Positions 1-8,374 of a stretch of 64,000 nucleotides of DNA are shown here, piece after piece. Positions within the stretch are counted from its first letter, which is position 1. Each line of letters opens with the position of its first letter. Under the pieces are notes generated by a model that saw nothing but the letters and a program-made list of their open reading frames with translations, did not search any database and was not told the origin of the DNA. Position numbers and translations under genes: made by a program. The DNA is from Promethearchaeota archaeon (GTDB taxonomy: Archaea; Asgardarchaeota; Lokiarchaeia; Sigyniarchaeales; SOKP01), in contig JAHLWS010000071.1 of the NCBI GenBank assembly GCA_019057795.1, forward strand, positions 1 through 64,000. Direction: 5' to 3'.

Positions 1-101
1 ACCTTATTTTCATCGGATGGAATCTTGGAATTTTATACTCATATTACATTGATCAATTTGAAGATCGCATAAGTTTAAAAAGCTTACTTTACAAAAATTA
101 A

Positions 102-344
102 ATAGGAGTTGATTATAAAAAAAATCGAACAGACTTTTTAATAACAGCAATTCACTTAATCGTATTCAAATTTTTTAATATTCCTGGTGTTTATTTTAGA
201 AAAACTAAGTATCCGGAGGCTCTAAAGTTATTTGAAGATGCCCTTCAAATTTTAAATAATTTAAATTTAGATGATGAACCAATAACAGAGACTCTAAAAG
301 AAAATATAGAATTTCTTAAAAGTAAAATAGAAAATAATGAATAA
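102..344 (+). pseudogene. TPR-repeat protein C-terminal remnant
   Basis: Stop-to-stop frame without ATG/GTG/TTG reading ...FNIPGVYFRKTKYPEALKLFEDALQILNNLNLDDEPITETLKENIEFLKSKIENNE*; TPR helix pattern (YPEALKLFEDAL). Confidence 0.55.
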
Positions 345-418
345 ATTTTAAGTTTTAGGAGTATATAACATAAAATTAAGTTAAATAAGGTTTAGAAAAA
401 TCAAAGGACAAAAAAATT

Positions 419-661
419 TTATTTTACTTCTATCTTTTTCTTTTCTTTCTTTTCTTCTTTAATTTTAAGTAGAATTAATTTTAAAATCCCTTTATCTAAA
501 GTTGCTTCAATTTTATCTTCATCAATCATTTCTGGCAAAATATAAGATCTAAAGTAGCTTGAACTACTGTATTCTCTACGGACATAGCCTTTATCTTTTT
601 CTTCATGTTCATTCTTTTGTTCTCCCTTAATTTCTAAAGTTCCATCATGAATGAAATGCAC
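419..661 (-). pseudogene. Hsp20/alpha-crystallin small heat shock protein, C-terminal half only
   Basis: GTLEIKGE, RREYSSSSYFRSYILP, ATLDKGILKLIL and terminal IEV motif; N-terminal region and first beta strands are missing. Confidence 0.75.
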
Positions 662-842
662 GCTCCTAAACGCAAATTAGACGATATACTAAAAAAGATA
701 GTATAAAAATAAGTTTTTATGAAATATAAATAATAATTTTAAAGTAAGCTTATTTCTTAACTTCTCTTTTTCCGATTCTAACGCTTCTAATCACATTAAG
801 AAGAATAATTGCTATTCGATAGTTTTAGAAATATTATTTAAT

Positions 843-874
843 GACTCCTAGCCCCACCCTAGATTTTGTTTTTG
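843..874. repeat. GC-rich motif copy 1; imperfect inverted repeat of 2771-2803
   Basis: gactcctagccccaccctagattttgtttttg versus reverse complement of 2771-2803 gactcctgccccaccctggatttttgtcttttg. Confidence 0.85.
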
Positions 875-960
875 AAAAAAAAGATCACAAATCTTTTTTT
901 AAACTATCTTCCCTTGGATACTTTATAATCTAACTCAAATTTAAGCTTTATTCCCCAGAA

Positions 961-999
961 TTGAGGACAAATTCTAATAATTGCATATTATGTCCTCAA
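961..999. repeat. Inverted repeat / hairpin
   Basis: ttgaggaca (961-969) and tgtcctcaa (991-999), perfect 9-bp arms with a 21-nt spacer. Confidence 0.7.
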
Positions 1000-1241
1000 C
1001 ATTGGAGAAAAATTATTGGTAACATTAAAAATGAGGTTCAGATTTTCGTTTTCATAAAATAATCTTTCTTTTATATGCAAAAAACGATTTTAAATAACCA
1101 AAAATTTATATAAGTTTACATTCTTCTATTTTTTATTGATTTGACAATATGAATAAAAAAAAATATTTGATATTCATAAAATAGCGAGTGGTTTATGGCT
1201 TGTTATCTGATATAACAATTAAAACATAATATAATATTAAT

Positions 1242-1805
1242 ATGACTCTACAGAAAAGTTTTACCAAAAATCCTAGTTCAAATAAAACTAGTTTTAACTT
1301 AAATAATTTATCAATGCGAGAGTTTGAAGCCTTTCTGATTTTTTTAAGGCACGAAGGAGAAGAATTAAGTGTTTTGAAAAAATTTATCGATTTGAGTTTT
1401 AATTATACAAGCAGAACAAAGGCTTATGATTACATCAATAGCTTATGCAAAAAAGGTTTTGCATACAAGAAAACGACTCTTGAAAAGGGAAAAAAAGTAA
1501 CGAGAATTTTTATCAGAAAAAAAATTAGAAAAGAATACGAAAAGTTTATACTACCCACGATTGGAACTATAAAAGAATCGCTGAAAGATGTTTTCGAAGA
1601 ATATATAGATGACCTTAAAGATGTGGAAAAAATACGTGAGAAATTTCGAACATATACAGAAACTGTTTTATTATCAATTAATAATTTTTTAGTAAATGAG
1701 CCTGTAAAAACTTTAAAGAGTGAAAGATTCCAAAAAAAGTTATATGACACGATTTGGAAATATTTTAGGGCTGAAATGCTAAAATACGAAATGTTTTCAA
1801 AATAA
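1242..1805 (+). CDS. Putative winged-helix DNA-binding protein
   Basis: 187 aa ORF; SRTKAYDYINSLCKKGFAYK followed by a beta-hairpin wing resembles TrmB/MarR-type wHTH; helical C-terminus. Confidence 0.55.
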   Translation: MTLQKSFTKNPSSNKTSFNLNNLSMREFEAFLIFLRHEGEELSVLKKFIDLSFNYTSRTKAYDYINSLCKKGFAYKKTTLEKGKKVTRIFIRKKIRKEYEKFILPTIGTIKESLKDVFEEYIDDLKDVEKIREKFRTYTETVLLSINNFLVNEPVKTLKSERFQKKLYDTIWKYFRAEMLKYEMFSK

Positions 1806-1881
1806 AAGAGAATAATTTATAAAATTTAACAACTAGATTTAATTGCAAATTTTTAATATTTAATTAAAAGATGGGTAAAAA

Positions 1882-2601
1882 TTGTTACTTCAGGGCGCTT
1901 TAACAGAAAGAATAATTATAGTTTGTATATTTCAGATATGGCCAATTATATATTATTCTTTTTTTGCGTATAAATTATTAAAACGCACAAAAAATCGTTC
2001 AACAGCCACTCTAAGTTGCCTTTTTATTTTTAGTGCACTTGCTTTATTCCTTGCTATTGTTTCAATTATTCTTGCAAATACCCCTTTTGCATATCTCTGC
2101 TATGTAATTGCTTTTTATACGTTTATATTCGCTCATAGTTTTATAGTAATTTTTAGTTGGCTTATCGTAAATCTTGACAGGAAATTATCTTACAAGTATT
2201 ATTTAGGGATTTTAATTTATGGAATCTTATCAACTTATGTCTTCTGGATAGGAATATTTTTAGAAGGGATTAGATACGATTCTGGCACAGATTGGGTACC
2301 TGTTTTTAGCTGGTTATTTCTTTTTATCAGTTGGAGCTACGTAACAATTTTTTTAATCGTTCCCGAGATAATTTTAGCGGTAAAGCTAATAAATATATTT
2401 GAAGGTGTAGCACTAAAGCGAAGAATTAAATTATTTATTCTTAGCGTATTTTTAGAATTTGCTATTGTACTTCTCATAATTTTATATAATACTTGGATAA
2501 ACAATTCTGATTTCAAGGTAATTTATTTATTTGTAGTGCCACCCTTAAGTACGTTAGCAGCTTATTTTATTTACAAGAGCTTTGGAAAAGGATTGGAATA
2601 A
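1882..2601 (+). CDS. Stand-alone seven-transmembrane protein
   Basis: 239 aa, seven hydrophobic segments, TM4-5 loop GIRYDSGTDWVPVFS, no soluble output domain. Confidence 0.7.
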   Translation: MLLQGALTERIIIVCIFQIWPIIYYSFFAYKLLKRTKNRSTATLSCLFIFSALALFLAIVSIILANTPFAYLCYVIAFYTFIFAHSFIVIFSWLIVNLDRKLSYKYYLGILIYGILSTYVFWIGIFLEGIRYDSGTDWVPVFSWLFLFISWSYVTIFLIVPEIILAVKLINIFEGVALKRRIKLFILSVFLEFAIVLLIILYNTWINNSDFKVIYLFVVPPLSTLAAYFIYKSFGKGLE

Positions 2602-2684
2602 TTTAATTTGAATAATTTAAATATTCAAAGTTCTATTTTATAACCTCTTACTTAATTAAATTCTCAATAAATAGTTTAAAAGGT

Positions 2685-2809
2685 GACTCCTAGCCCCGGG
2701 ACCTAATAATAAGGTCTGAAACTAAATAGGGAGAGAAGGGTGAAACGAAGTGTGCGTTCAAACACACTACCAAAAGACAAAAATCCAGGGTGGGGCAGGA
2801 GTCTTTTTT
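2685..2809 (+). ncRNA. Candidate structured RNA or MITE-like element
   Basis: Closing stem gactcct(a)gcccc 2685-2697 / ggggcaggagtc 2792-2803; internal hairpins gacct-aataata-aggtc (2700-2716) and agtgtg-cgttcaaa-cacact (2749-2768); T6 tract at 2804-2809; strand uncertain. Confidence 0.4.
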
Positions 2810-2963
2810 AGATGTTATAGTCACATTTTTAAATTTTAGTTTATATTTCTGTCGATTTTTCTCTAATTCTCCCTTTAGTTGTAATTATTATTATTACATA
2901 CTCTAATAAACTTTTGTGTGATTGAAATTGAAGATTAATTTATAATTTTTTTTATGTATAATA

Positions 2964-3683
2964 TCAAGGTTTTTGAAGAACATTTAAAGCAATTTCTGTT
3001 GAAATTTTTGCTTCTTCGATGGTAACCATTCCAATTGTTGAGCAACATATATTATGCTTAGAGATATATTCAAATGCTTTGAGTGGCTCTAATTTACCTG
3101 CTGCTAAAGTTTTCATTCCTATAAAATAATGGTCTTTATGACTATTTACAATATTTTCCAACTTTTTTTGTTCTCCCATGAACATTCCTCGAGCGTTAAA
3201 GGGAATTAGAAAAGCTTTAACATAAGGAATGTGTTCGAAAGCATGTTCTAAAGTAGAAACGGGGTTATGAGCTGCAATTCCGGGAATTATCCCTTTTGAC
3301 TTAATCTCGTCTAATAACTTTATTAAGTTGTCATCCTTCTTATCCGAAATCAATCCGTGCGCGAAAATCAACTTAGCATCTAGTTTTGCAAGTTCTTCAA
3401 TTAAGGGATCGGGTCCAGGAAAAGTAGAGCCTATTATTATAAAATCGTTATGAGTTTCTGCCATTATTCTGGCAGCTTCACTAATCTTACCTGCGGGCAC
3501 TAATTCTATACCCCGCCCTCCAGCTTCATAGCACGCTTCTAATATCTCTAACACCGCTTCCGTGTTATGTAAAAACTTTTTGCGGTAAATTCGGGCGTTT
3601 TTTCCAAACTGCGAAGCCCCTAAAAAAGGTGAGGTCCCTGTCGAAACTAATGGGATTTGTTGGCCTTCTATTATATAAAAAAT
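2964..3683 (-). CDS. Conserved hypothetical TIM-barrel-like (aldo/keto reductase-related) protein
   Basis: Frame stays open ~43 codons upstream of the GTG at 3554 (FYIIEGQQIPLVSTGTSPFLGASQFGKNAR); GMKTLAAG motif; start probably ATT at 3683 or 3686. Confidence 0.6.
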   Translation of the reverse strand: MFYIIEGQQIPLVSTGTSPFLGASQFGKNARIYRKKFLHNTEAVLEILEACYEAGGRGIELVPAGKISEAARIMAETHNDFIIIGSTFPGPDPLIEELAKLDAKLIFAHGLISDKKDDNLIKLLDEIKSKGIIPGIAAHNPVSTLEHAFEHIPYVKAFLIPFNARGMFMGEQKKLENIVNSHKDHYFIGMKTLAAGKLEPLKAFEYISKHNICCSTIGMVTIEEAKISTEIALNVLQKP

Positions 3684-3809
3684 AATATATCCACTTTAAT
3701 TTGTTAGTTTTTTAAGAAAAATTTATTAAATAATTTTAATGAATTATAAAAAATATAAAAAGGTGTACATCCAAATTAAATTAAATTAATTAAAGAAAAG
3801 TGTATAAAA

Positions 3810-5633
3810 ATGACAGACCCAAATGCTATAAAAAATAATCCTTTTAAAGAGTTAGGTGAATTTCCCGAGAAGAAATACCACGATGGATACACCCTCGATT
3901 CAACGTACATTACAGTGAGAGATGGGGTTAAAATTGCTGCAACAATTTGCCTTCCTAAGGGACTTTCTCCCGATGAAAAAATCCCAACATTAATAACTCA
4001 AACGAGATATTGGAGAGCGATGGAATTGAGAATTCCATTTAGATGGCTTTTTGATAGTATGATAACAAACGCTCCAAACCCCGAAATTATTACTTGTCGA
4101 GGCTATGCTCTCATTTATACTGATGTTAGAGGGACAGGGGCATCATTTGGTACAAGAATAATACCATTTTCCGATGAGGAAGTAAAAGATGGCTCTGATA
4201 TAGTTGATTGGATTATAACACAGCCTTGGTCAGATGGAAATGTAGTTTCTAAGGGGATTTCATACACAGCAACTACGACAGAATTATTTTCTGGAAATAA
4301 TCATCGAGCAATAAAAGCGGTTATGCCCGGACACGGATATTGGGACCCATATACTGATGTAGCTTTCCCAGGAGGTTGTTATGACCATGCCTTTATGCAG
4401 ATGTGGTCATTTCTAGGAAAAAATTTAGATTTAAACAGCCCTAAAGTTTTTTCGCAAATAATGCCAGAAGTCTGGCTATTTGTCAAAGGCGTAAAACCAG
4501 TAAGCTCTGATATGGATCAAAAATTATTACAAGTTGCTATAAGTCAACATGAATCAAATCAATATGTATATGAACATACAGTAAAGATGGATTTTCGCGA
4601 CGATAAGCTTCCTGACGGCACTTTTTTTGACGATATTAGTATTTTTGCTCGAAAAGAAAAAATTGAAAGTTCAAAGGTTCCAATTTTGGCTTGGTGTTCG
4701 TGGTATGATTCAGGGTATGGAGATGCAATTATTAATCGATTTATGAACTTAAGTAATCCCACGATTGCTATTTTAGGTGATTGGACTCATGGAGCTGGAT
4801 TACCCGCAAACCAATTTTATCCAGAACGGACCATAGTGACTCCAAAACCACGAGATAGAATTAATACTTGGATCAATTTCTTCGATAAATGCGTATATGG
4901 CGATGGAATACAAGGAAAAATAATATATTATTACACCTTAGCAGAAGAGAAATGGAAGAAATCGAGAGTTTGGCCCCCAAAAGGGCACTCTTATCAAAAA
5001 TGGTATTTTTCAGAAAATTATTCTTTAACGAGAGAAGAACCAGCGACTGATGTTGGAGCTGATAAATACAAAATTAATTTTCGGGCCACAACTGGACGAA
5101 ATAATAGGTGGTGGGCACTATTAGATTTGCCTATAACATACTACAATAGAAATAAAATTGATGAGAAACTCCTATGTTATACAAGCCAACCATTCGGATC
5201 TGATATCGAAATCACGGGGCAAATAATTTTATGCCTATATTTGGCATCAACACACGAGGATGGCGCAATATTTGCCTATTTTGAAGATGTAGATGGAAGT
5301 GGGAATGTTACTTATATAACTGATGGAGAATTTAGATTGATTCATAGAAAAATTTTATCTACAGAACCGCCATATAAAATATTAACCCCGTACCATAGCT
5401 ATAAAAAAGAAGATTCTTCGCCTCTTATTCCAGGAGAGATAACAGAGGTTAAGTTTGGATTGCATGCAACTTCAGTTCTTATTAAAAAAGGACATCGAAT
5501 TAAAATTGCCATTGCTGGAGCAGATAAAGATACGTTTATACGTTATCCTACAGAAGGAAGACCAATAATTACTGTCTCTCGAAATAAAGAATTTCCCTCT
5601 TATATTAAACTTCCAATTATAACGAAGGAGTAA
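3810..5633 (+). CDS. CocE/NonD family serine hydrolase
   Basis: VRDGVKIA, TRY, DVRGTGASFG, nucleophile GISY, GDWTH, C-terminal PepX_C-like domain. Confidence 0.92.
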   Translation: MTDPNAIKNNPFKELGEFPEKKYHDGYTLDSTYITVRDGVKIAATICLPKGLSPDEKIPTLITQTRYWRAMELRIPFRWLFDSMITNAPNPEIITCRGYALIYTDVRGTGASFGTRIIPFSDEEVKDGSDIVDWIITQPWSDGNVVSKGISYTATTTELFSGNNHRAIKAVMPGHGYWDPYTDVAFPGGCYDHAFMQMWSFLGKNLDLNSPKVFSQIMPEVWLFVKGVKPVSSDMDQKLLQVAISQHESNQYVYEHTVKMDFRDDKLPDGTFFDDISIFARKEKIESSKVPILAWCSWYDSGYGDAIINRFMNLSNPTIAILGDWTHGAGLPANQFYPERTIVTPKPRDRINTWINFFDKCVYGDGIQGKIIYYYTLAEEKWKKSRVWPPKGHSYQKWYFSENYSLTREEPATDVGADKYKINFRATTGRNNRWWALLDLPITYYNRNKIDEKLLCYTSQPFGSDIEITGQIILCLYLASTHEDGAIFAYFEDVDGSGNVTYITDGEFRLIHRKILSTEPPYKILTPYHSYKKEDSSPLIPGEITEVKFGLHATSVLIKKGHRIKIAIAGADKDTFIRYPTEGRPIITVSRNKEFPSYIKLPIITKE

Positions 5634-5650
5634 ATTAACTCATTAAATAG

Positions 5651-6022
5651 GTGATAGAAAAAATGGAAGAAATTTTACCAAGTTTAAAAGGTATGTTAAA
5701 AGATGCAACTATTATAAAGTCAGATGCAACCAGATTTGAAATAACTATAACAATACTTAATAAAATTAACGGTAATGTGGCAGATCCTGACGAAATTTTA
5801 GTTATGCTAAAAATGTATGGTGGGTTAAAGGAAGATGTTCCCATGGAAATAGATATCAACAACGAAACGCAGATTATCGAACTAAAATTTCAAACTGAAG
5901 AAGACTTTAAAAAAATCCAAAAAATAATGGAAACTATCTGGGATGATGCGGTGGATTTGCTCGAACAAGCCTCACAAGGCGATTTTAGTCGCATTAAAAA
6001 CATTCCTAATATTGACGATTAG
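5651..6022 (+). CDS. Hypothetical acidic protein
   Basis: 123 aa ORF directly after the CocE gene, followed by a T tract. Confidence 0.65.
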   Translation: MIEKMEEILPSLKGMLKDATIIKSDATRFEITITILNKINGNVADPDEILVMLKMYGGLKEDVPMEIDINNETQIIELKFQTEEDFKKIQKIMETIWDDAVDLLEQASQGDFSRIKNIPNIDD

Positions 6023-6043
6023 TTTTAACTTCTTTTTTTATTT

Positions 6044-7030
6044 TTAATTCACTGTTTTTGTATGTTTTTGTTTTAACAAAGAGAAGAAGTCAGATAAATC
6101 GATATTTCCCCCGCTAATTATTAACCCAATTTTTTTTTCTTTAATTAACGACGGTTCTATATCACCATACAATAATCCTGCTAAGGGAACTGCTCCCGAA
6201 GGCTCTACAACTAATTTCATGCGCTCCCAGTAGAATTTCATAGCATCAATTATTTGCTCTTCGGTAACCGTAATAATACCGTTGACGAACTTTTGGATTA
6301 TAGGAAATGTTTTTTCCCCCACTGAAGTTCTCAATCCATCAGCAATAGTATTTGGGTTTTCTACGGGTACCCTCTTTCCTAATTGAAACGACCTAAACGT
6401 ATCGTCAGCGTTTTTAGGTTCTATACCTATAACTTTAATTCTCGGATCCAGCCCTTTAGCTGCTATAGAGCATCCACTAATTAGCCCACCTCCGCCAACA
6501 GGGACAAGTAATACGTCAAGAGTTCTATAATTGCTGATAAATTCATAAGCAGTAGTTCCTGCACCAAAAATCACGTTATAGTCGTCGAAAGGGTGAATTA
6601 GTCTATATCCGTTCTGTTTTATTAATTCAGCGGATATTTTGTCTCGATCACCCGGCTGATTCCCACATAAAACGACTTCAGCCCCATAACCACGTGTAGC
6701 AGCTATTTTAGATGGTGTTGCATTATTGGGCATGACAATTGTAGCTTTAATGTGTAAAATTTTAGCTACTAAAGCAACCGCTTGAGCAAAGTTCCCTGAC
6801 GAGTGAGCAATAATTCCCCTCTCCCTTTCTTGCGAAGGTATGTGACTTATACCATTCCAAGCCCCCCTGAACTTAAACGAACCTGTTCGTTGAAAATTTT
6901 CACATTTTACTATTACTCGTTTAGCACCTGTCAACGAATCTAAAGTTCTGCTAGTCATCAATGGCGTTCGGTTTACAACTTGGGACACTATTTTATCGGC
7001 AAGTTTTATGTTTTTAAATATTTTAACCAA
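6044..7030 (-). CDS. PLP-dependent serine/threonine dehydratase / serine racemase family
   Basis: KCENFQRTGSFKFRGA (PLP lysine), HSSGN, VGGGGLISG, EPSGA, SGGN; no ACT domain. Confidence 0.92.
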   Translation of the reverse strand: MVKIFKNIKLADKIVSQVVNRTPLMTSRTLDSLTGAKRVIVKCENFQRTGSFKFRGAWNGISHIPSQERERGIIAHSSGNFAQAVALVAKILHIKATIVMPNNATPSKIAATRGYGAEVVLCGNQPGDRDKISAELIKQNGYRLIHPFDDYNVIFGAGTTAYEFISNYRTLDVLLVPVGGGGLISGCSIAAKGLDPRIKVIGIEPKNADDTFRSFQLGKRVPVENPNTIADGLRTSVGEKTFPIIQKFVNGIITVTEEQIIDAMKFYWERMKLVVEPSGAVPLAGLLYGDIEPSLIKEKKIGLIISGGNIDLSDFFSLLKQKHTKTVN

Positions 7031-7128
7031 CCTCTTAATCGTCGTTTATAAATCTAATGTTCAATTTAGAGCGTTTATTTGTTTTTATTTGTTAGTAATA
7101 ATAAATGTGTGTAATCTTAAAAAAAAGT

Positions 7129-8304
7129 TTATTTTTCCAATATAATAGTGTCTCCTATAGCGAATCTATCCAAAGCATTTTCGTCTAATTTTATACCCCA
7201 TCCAGGACCCTCAGGTACTTTTGCCATTCCATCATTATAATCTATAGGCTTTAAAATTAGATCATCTTCTAGCATTTCTTGTCCAAATAATTCTGTCGCG
7301 TAATCAACAAACGGATATTTTGCGGTTGCAAAGTGGATATGCATCGCTGAAGCAATTCCTAACGGTTGGTTATGTAAAACAACGCCCAAGCCACGCATTT
7401 TTGCGTAATCCAAGGCTTTTAGGGCTTTTGTTACTCCTCCTGGACGATCAGAGTTTAACCCTAAAACTCTTACTGCTTTTAATTCGACTAGCGTAATAAA
7501 ATCTTTTAACGAAAAAAATCCCTCGTGAGACATTAAAGGAACATTAACTCTGCTTTGAACGTAAGCCATCCCTAAATAGTCCGATGCATTCACTGGTTCT
7601 TCGGCAAAGTCAATTCCATAAGGCTCAATGGCTTTAATAGCTCGAACGGCCATTGAAGGACTATAAGCTTGATTGTAATCTACACGTAAATTAATTTTGT
7701 TTCCAAAAATCTTTCTTATTGCTTGTAAGATTTTTACGTCGTCTTCAACGCTTTTTCCGAGCTTTAGTCGAAAATTTCTAAACCCTTTTTTGTAATAGGT
7801 TCTTACAAGTCCTTTCATTAACATTGGGGCTCCTAAAGGTATAAGCGCCGCTAAAGGAATCTTGTCTACGAACTTTCCACCCATGCAATAACACGCAGGT
7901 AAATCAGTTATATGACCCATTAAATCGTAGCAAGCCATATCGATCATTCCTTTAGCTGCTTCGTTACGCGCCAAGTTTACATCCATTCGATAATTTATCT
8001 TCTCGATATTGAATGGGTTTTCACCTAAAATATACTTAGCTAAACAATTTTTTATTGCATCAATAATCTGGTTGGGCGATACGCCAGTCTCCGGTAACCA
8101 GAGAAACGCTTCTCCTAATCCTATATTTCCAAGTTTACTAATAAGTTTACAAATTACGAAATCTCCCCCAAGCCATGCCTCTTCTGCAGCAATTGCCATT
8201 CCTAAATTCCCTTCCCCTTCGCCCATTGCCTTTATAACGTAGTCTTTAAATGGCACATGTAAAGGAGTTAATTCAATGCTAGTTATTTCATCTTTTATAG
8301 TCAT
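7129..8304 (-). CDS. Mandelate racemase/muconate lactonizing enzyme (enolase superfamily)
   Basis: IDMACYDLMG, RLKLG, RVDYNQ, EEP, PEGPGWG. Confidence 0.9.
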   Translation of the reverse strand: MTIKDEITSIELTPLHVPFKDYVIKAMGEGEGNLGMAIAAEEAWLGGDFVICKLISKLGNIGLGEAFLWLPETGVSPNQIIDAIKNCLAKYILGENPFNIEKINYRMDVNLARNEAAKGMIDMACYDLMGHITDLPACYCMGGKFVDKIPLAALIPLGAPMLMKGLVRTYYKKGFRNFRLKLGKSVEDDVKILQAIRKIFGNKINLRVDYNQAYSPSMAVRAIKAIEPYGIDFAEEPVNASDYLGMAYVQSRVNVPLMSHEGFFSLKDFITLVELKAVRVLGLNSDRPGGVTKALKALDYAKMRGLGVVLHNQPLGIASAMHIHFATAKYPFVDYATELFGQEMLEDDLILKPIDYNDGMAKVPEGPGWGIKLDENALDRFAIGDTIILEK

Positions 8305-8374
8305 ATTAAATCAAATAGTTTTGTTTTGGTAATAATAAAAATAAAAAAAAAATTAAATTAATAATTTATTGATT

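Noticed and set aside
841-933. 30-codon ORF MTPSPTLDF... starting at the repeat
   Set aside because: The other copies do not preserve the frame (2684 copy stops after 7 codons); no coding evidence
1882-2601. Microbial rhodopsin
   Set aside because: No DxxxK retinal-binding motif in helix 7
2716-2750. Hammerhead ribozyme (ctga...gaaa)
   Set aside because: Core reads CTGAAAC, not CUGANGA, and the stems do not flank the core correctly
2749-2768. tRNA gene suggested by the GTTCAAA loop
   Set aside because: No acceptor stem, D arm or anticodon arm at proper spacing
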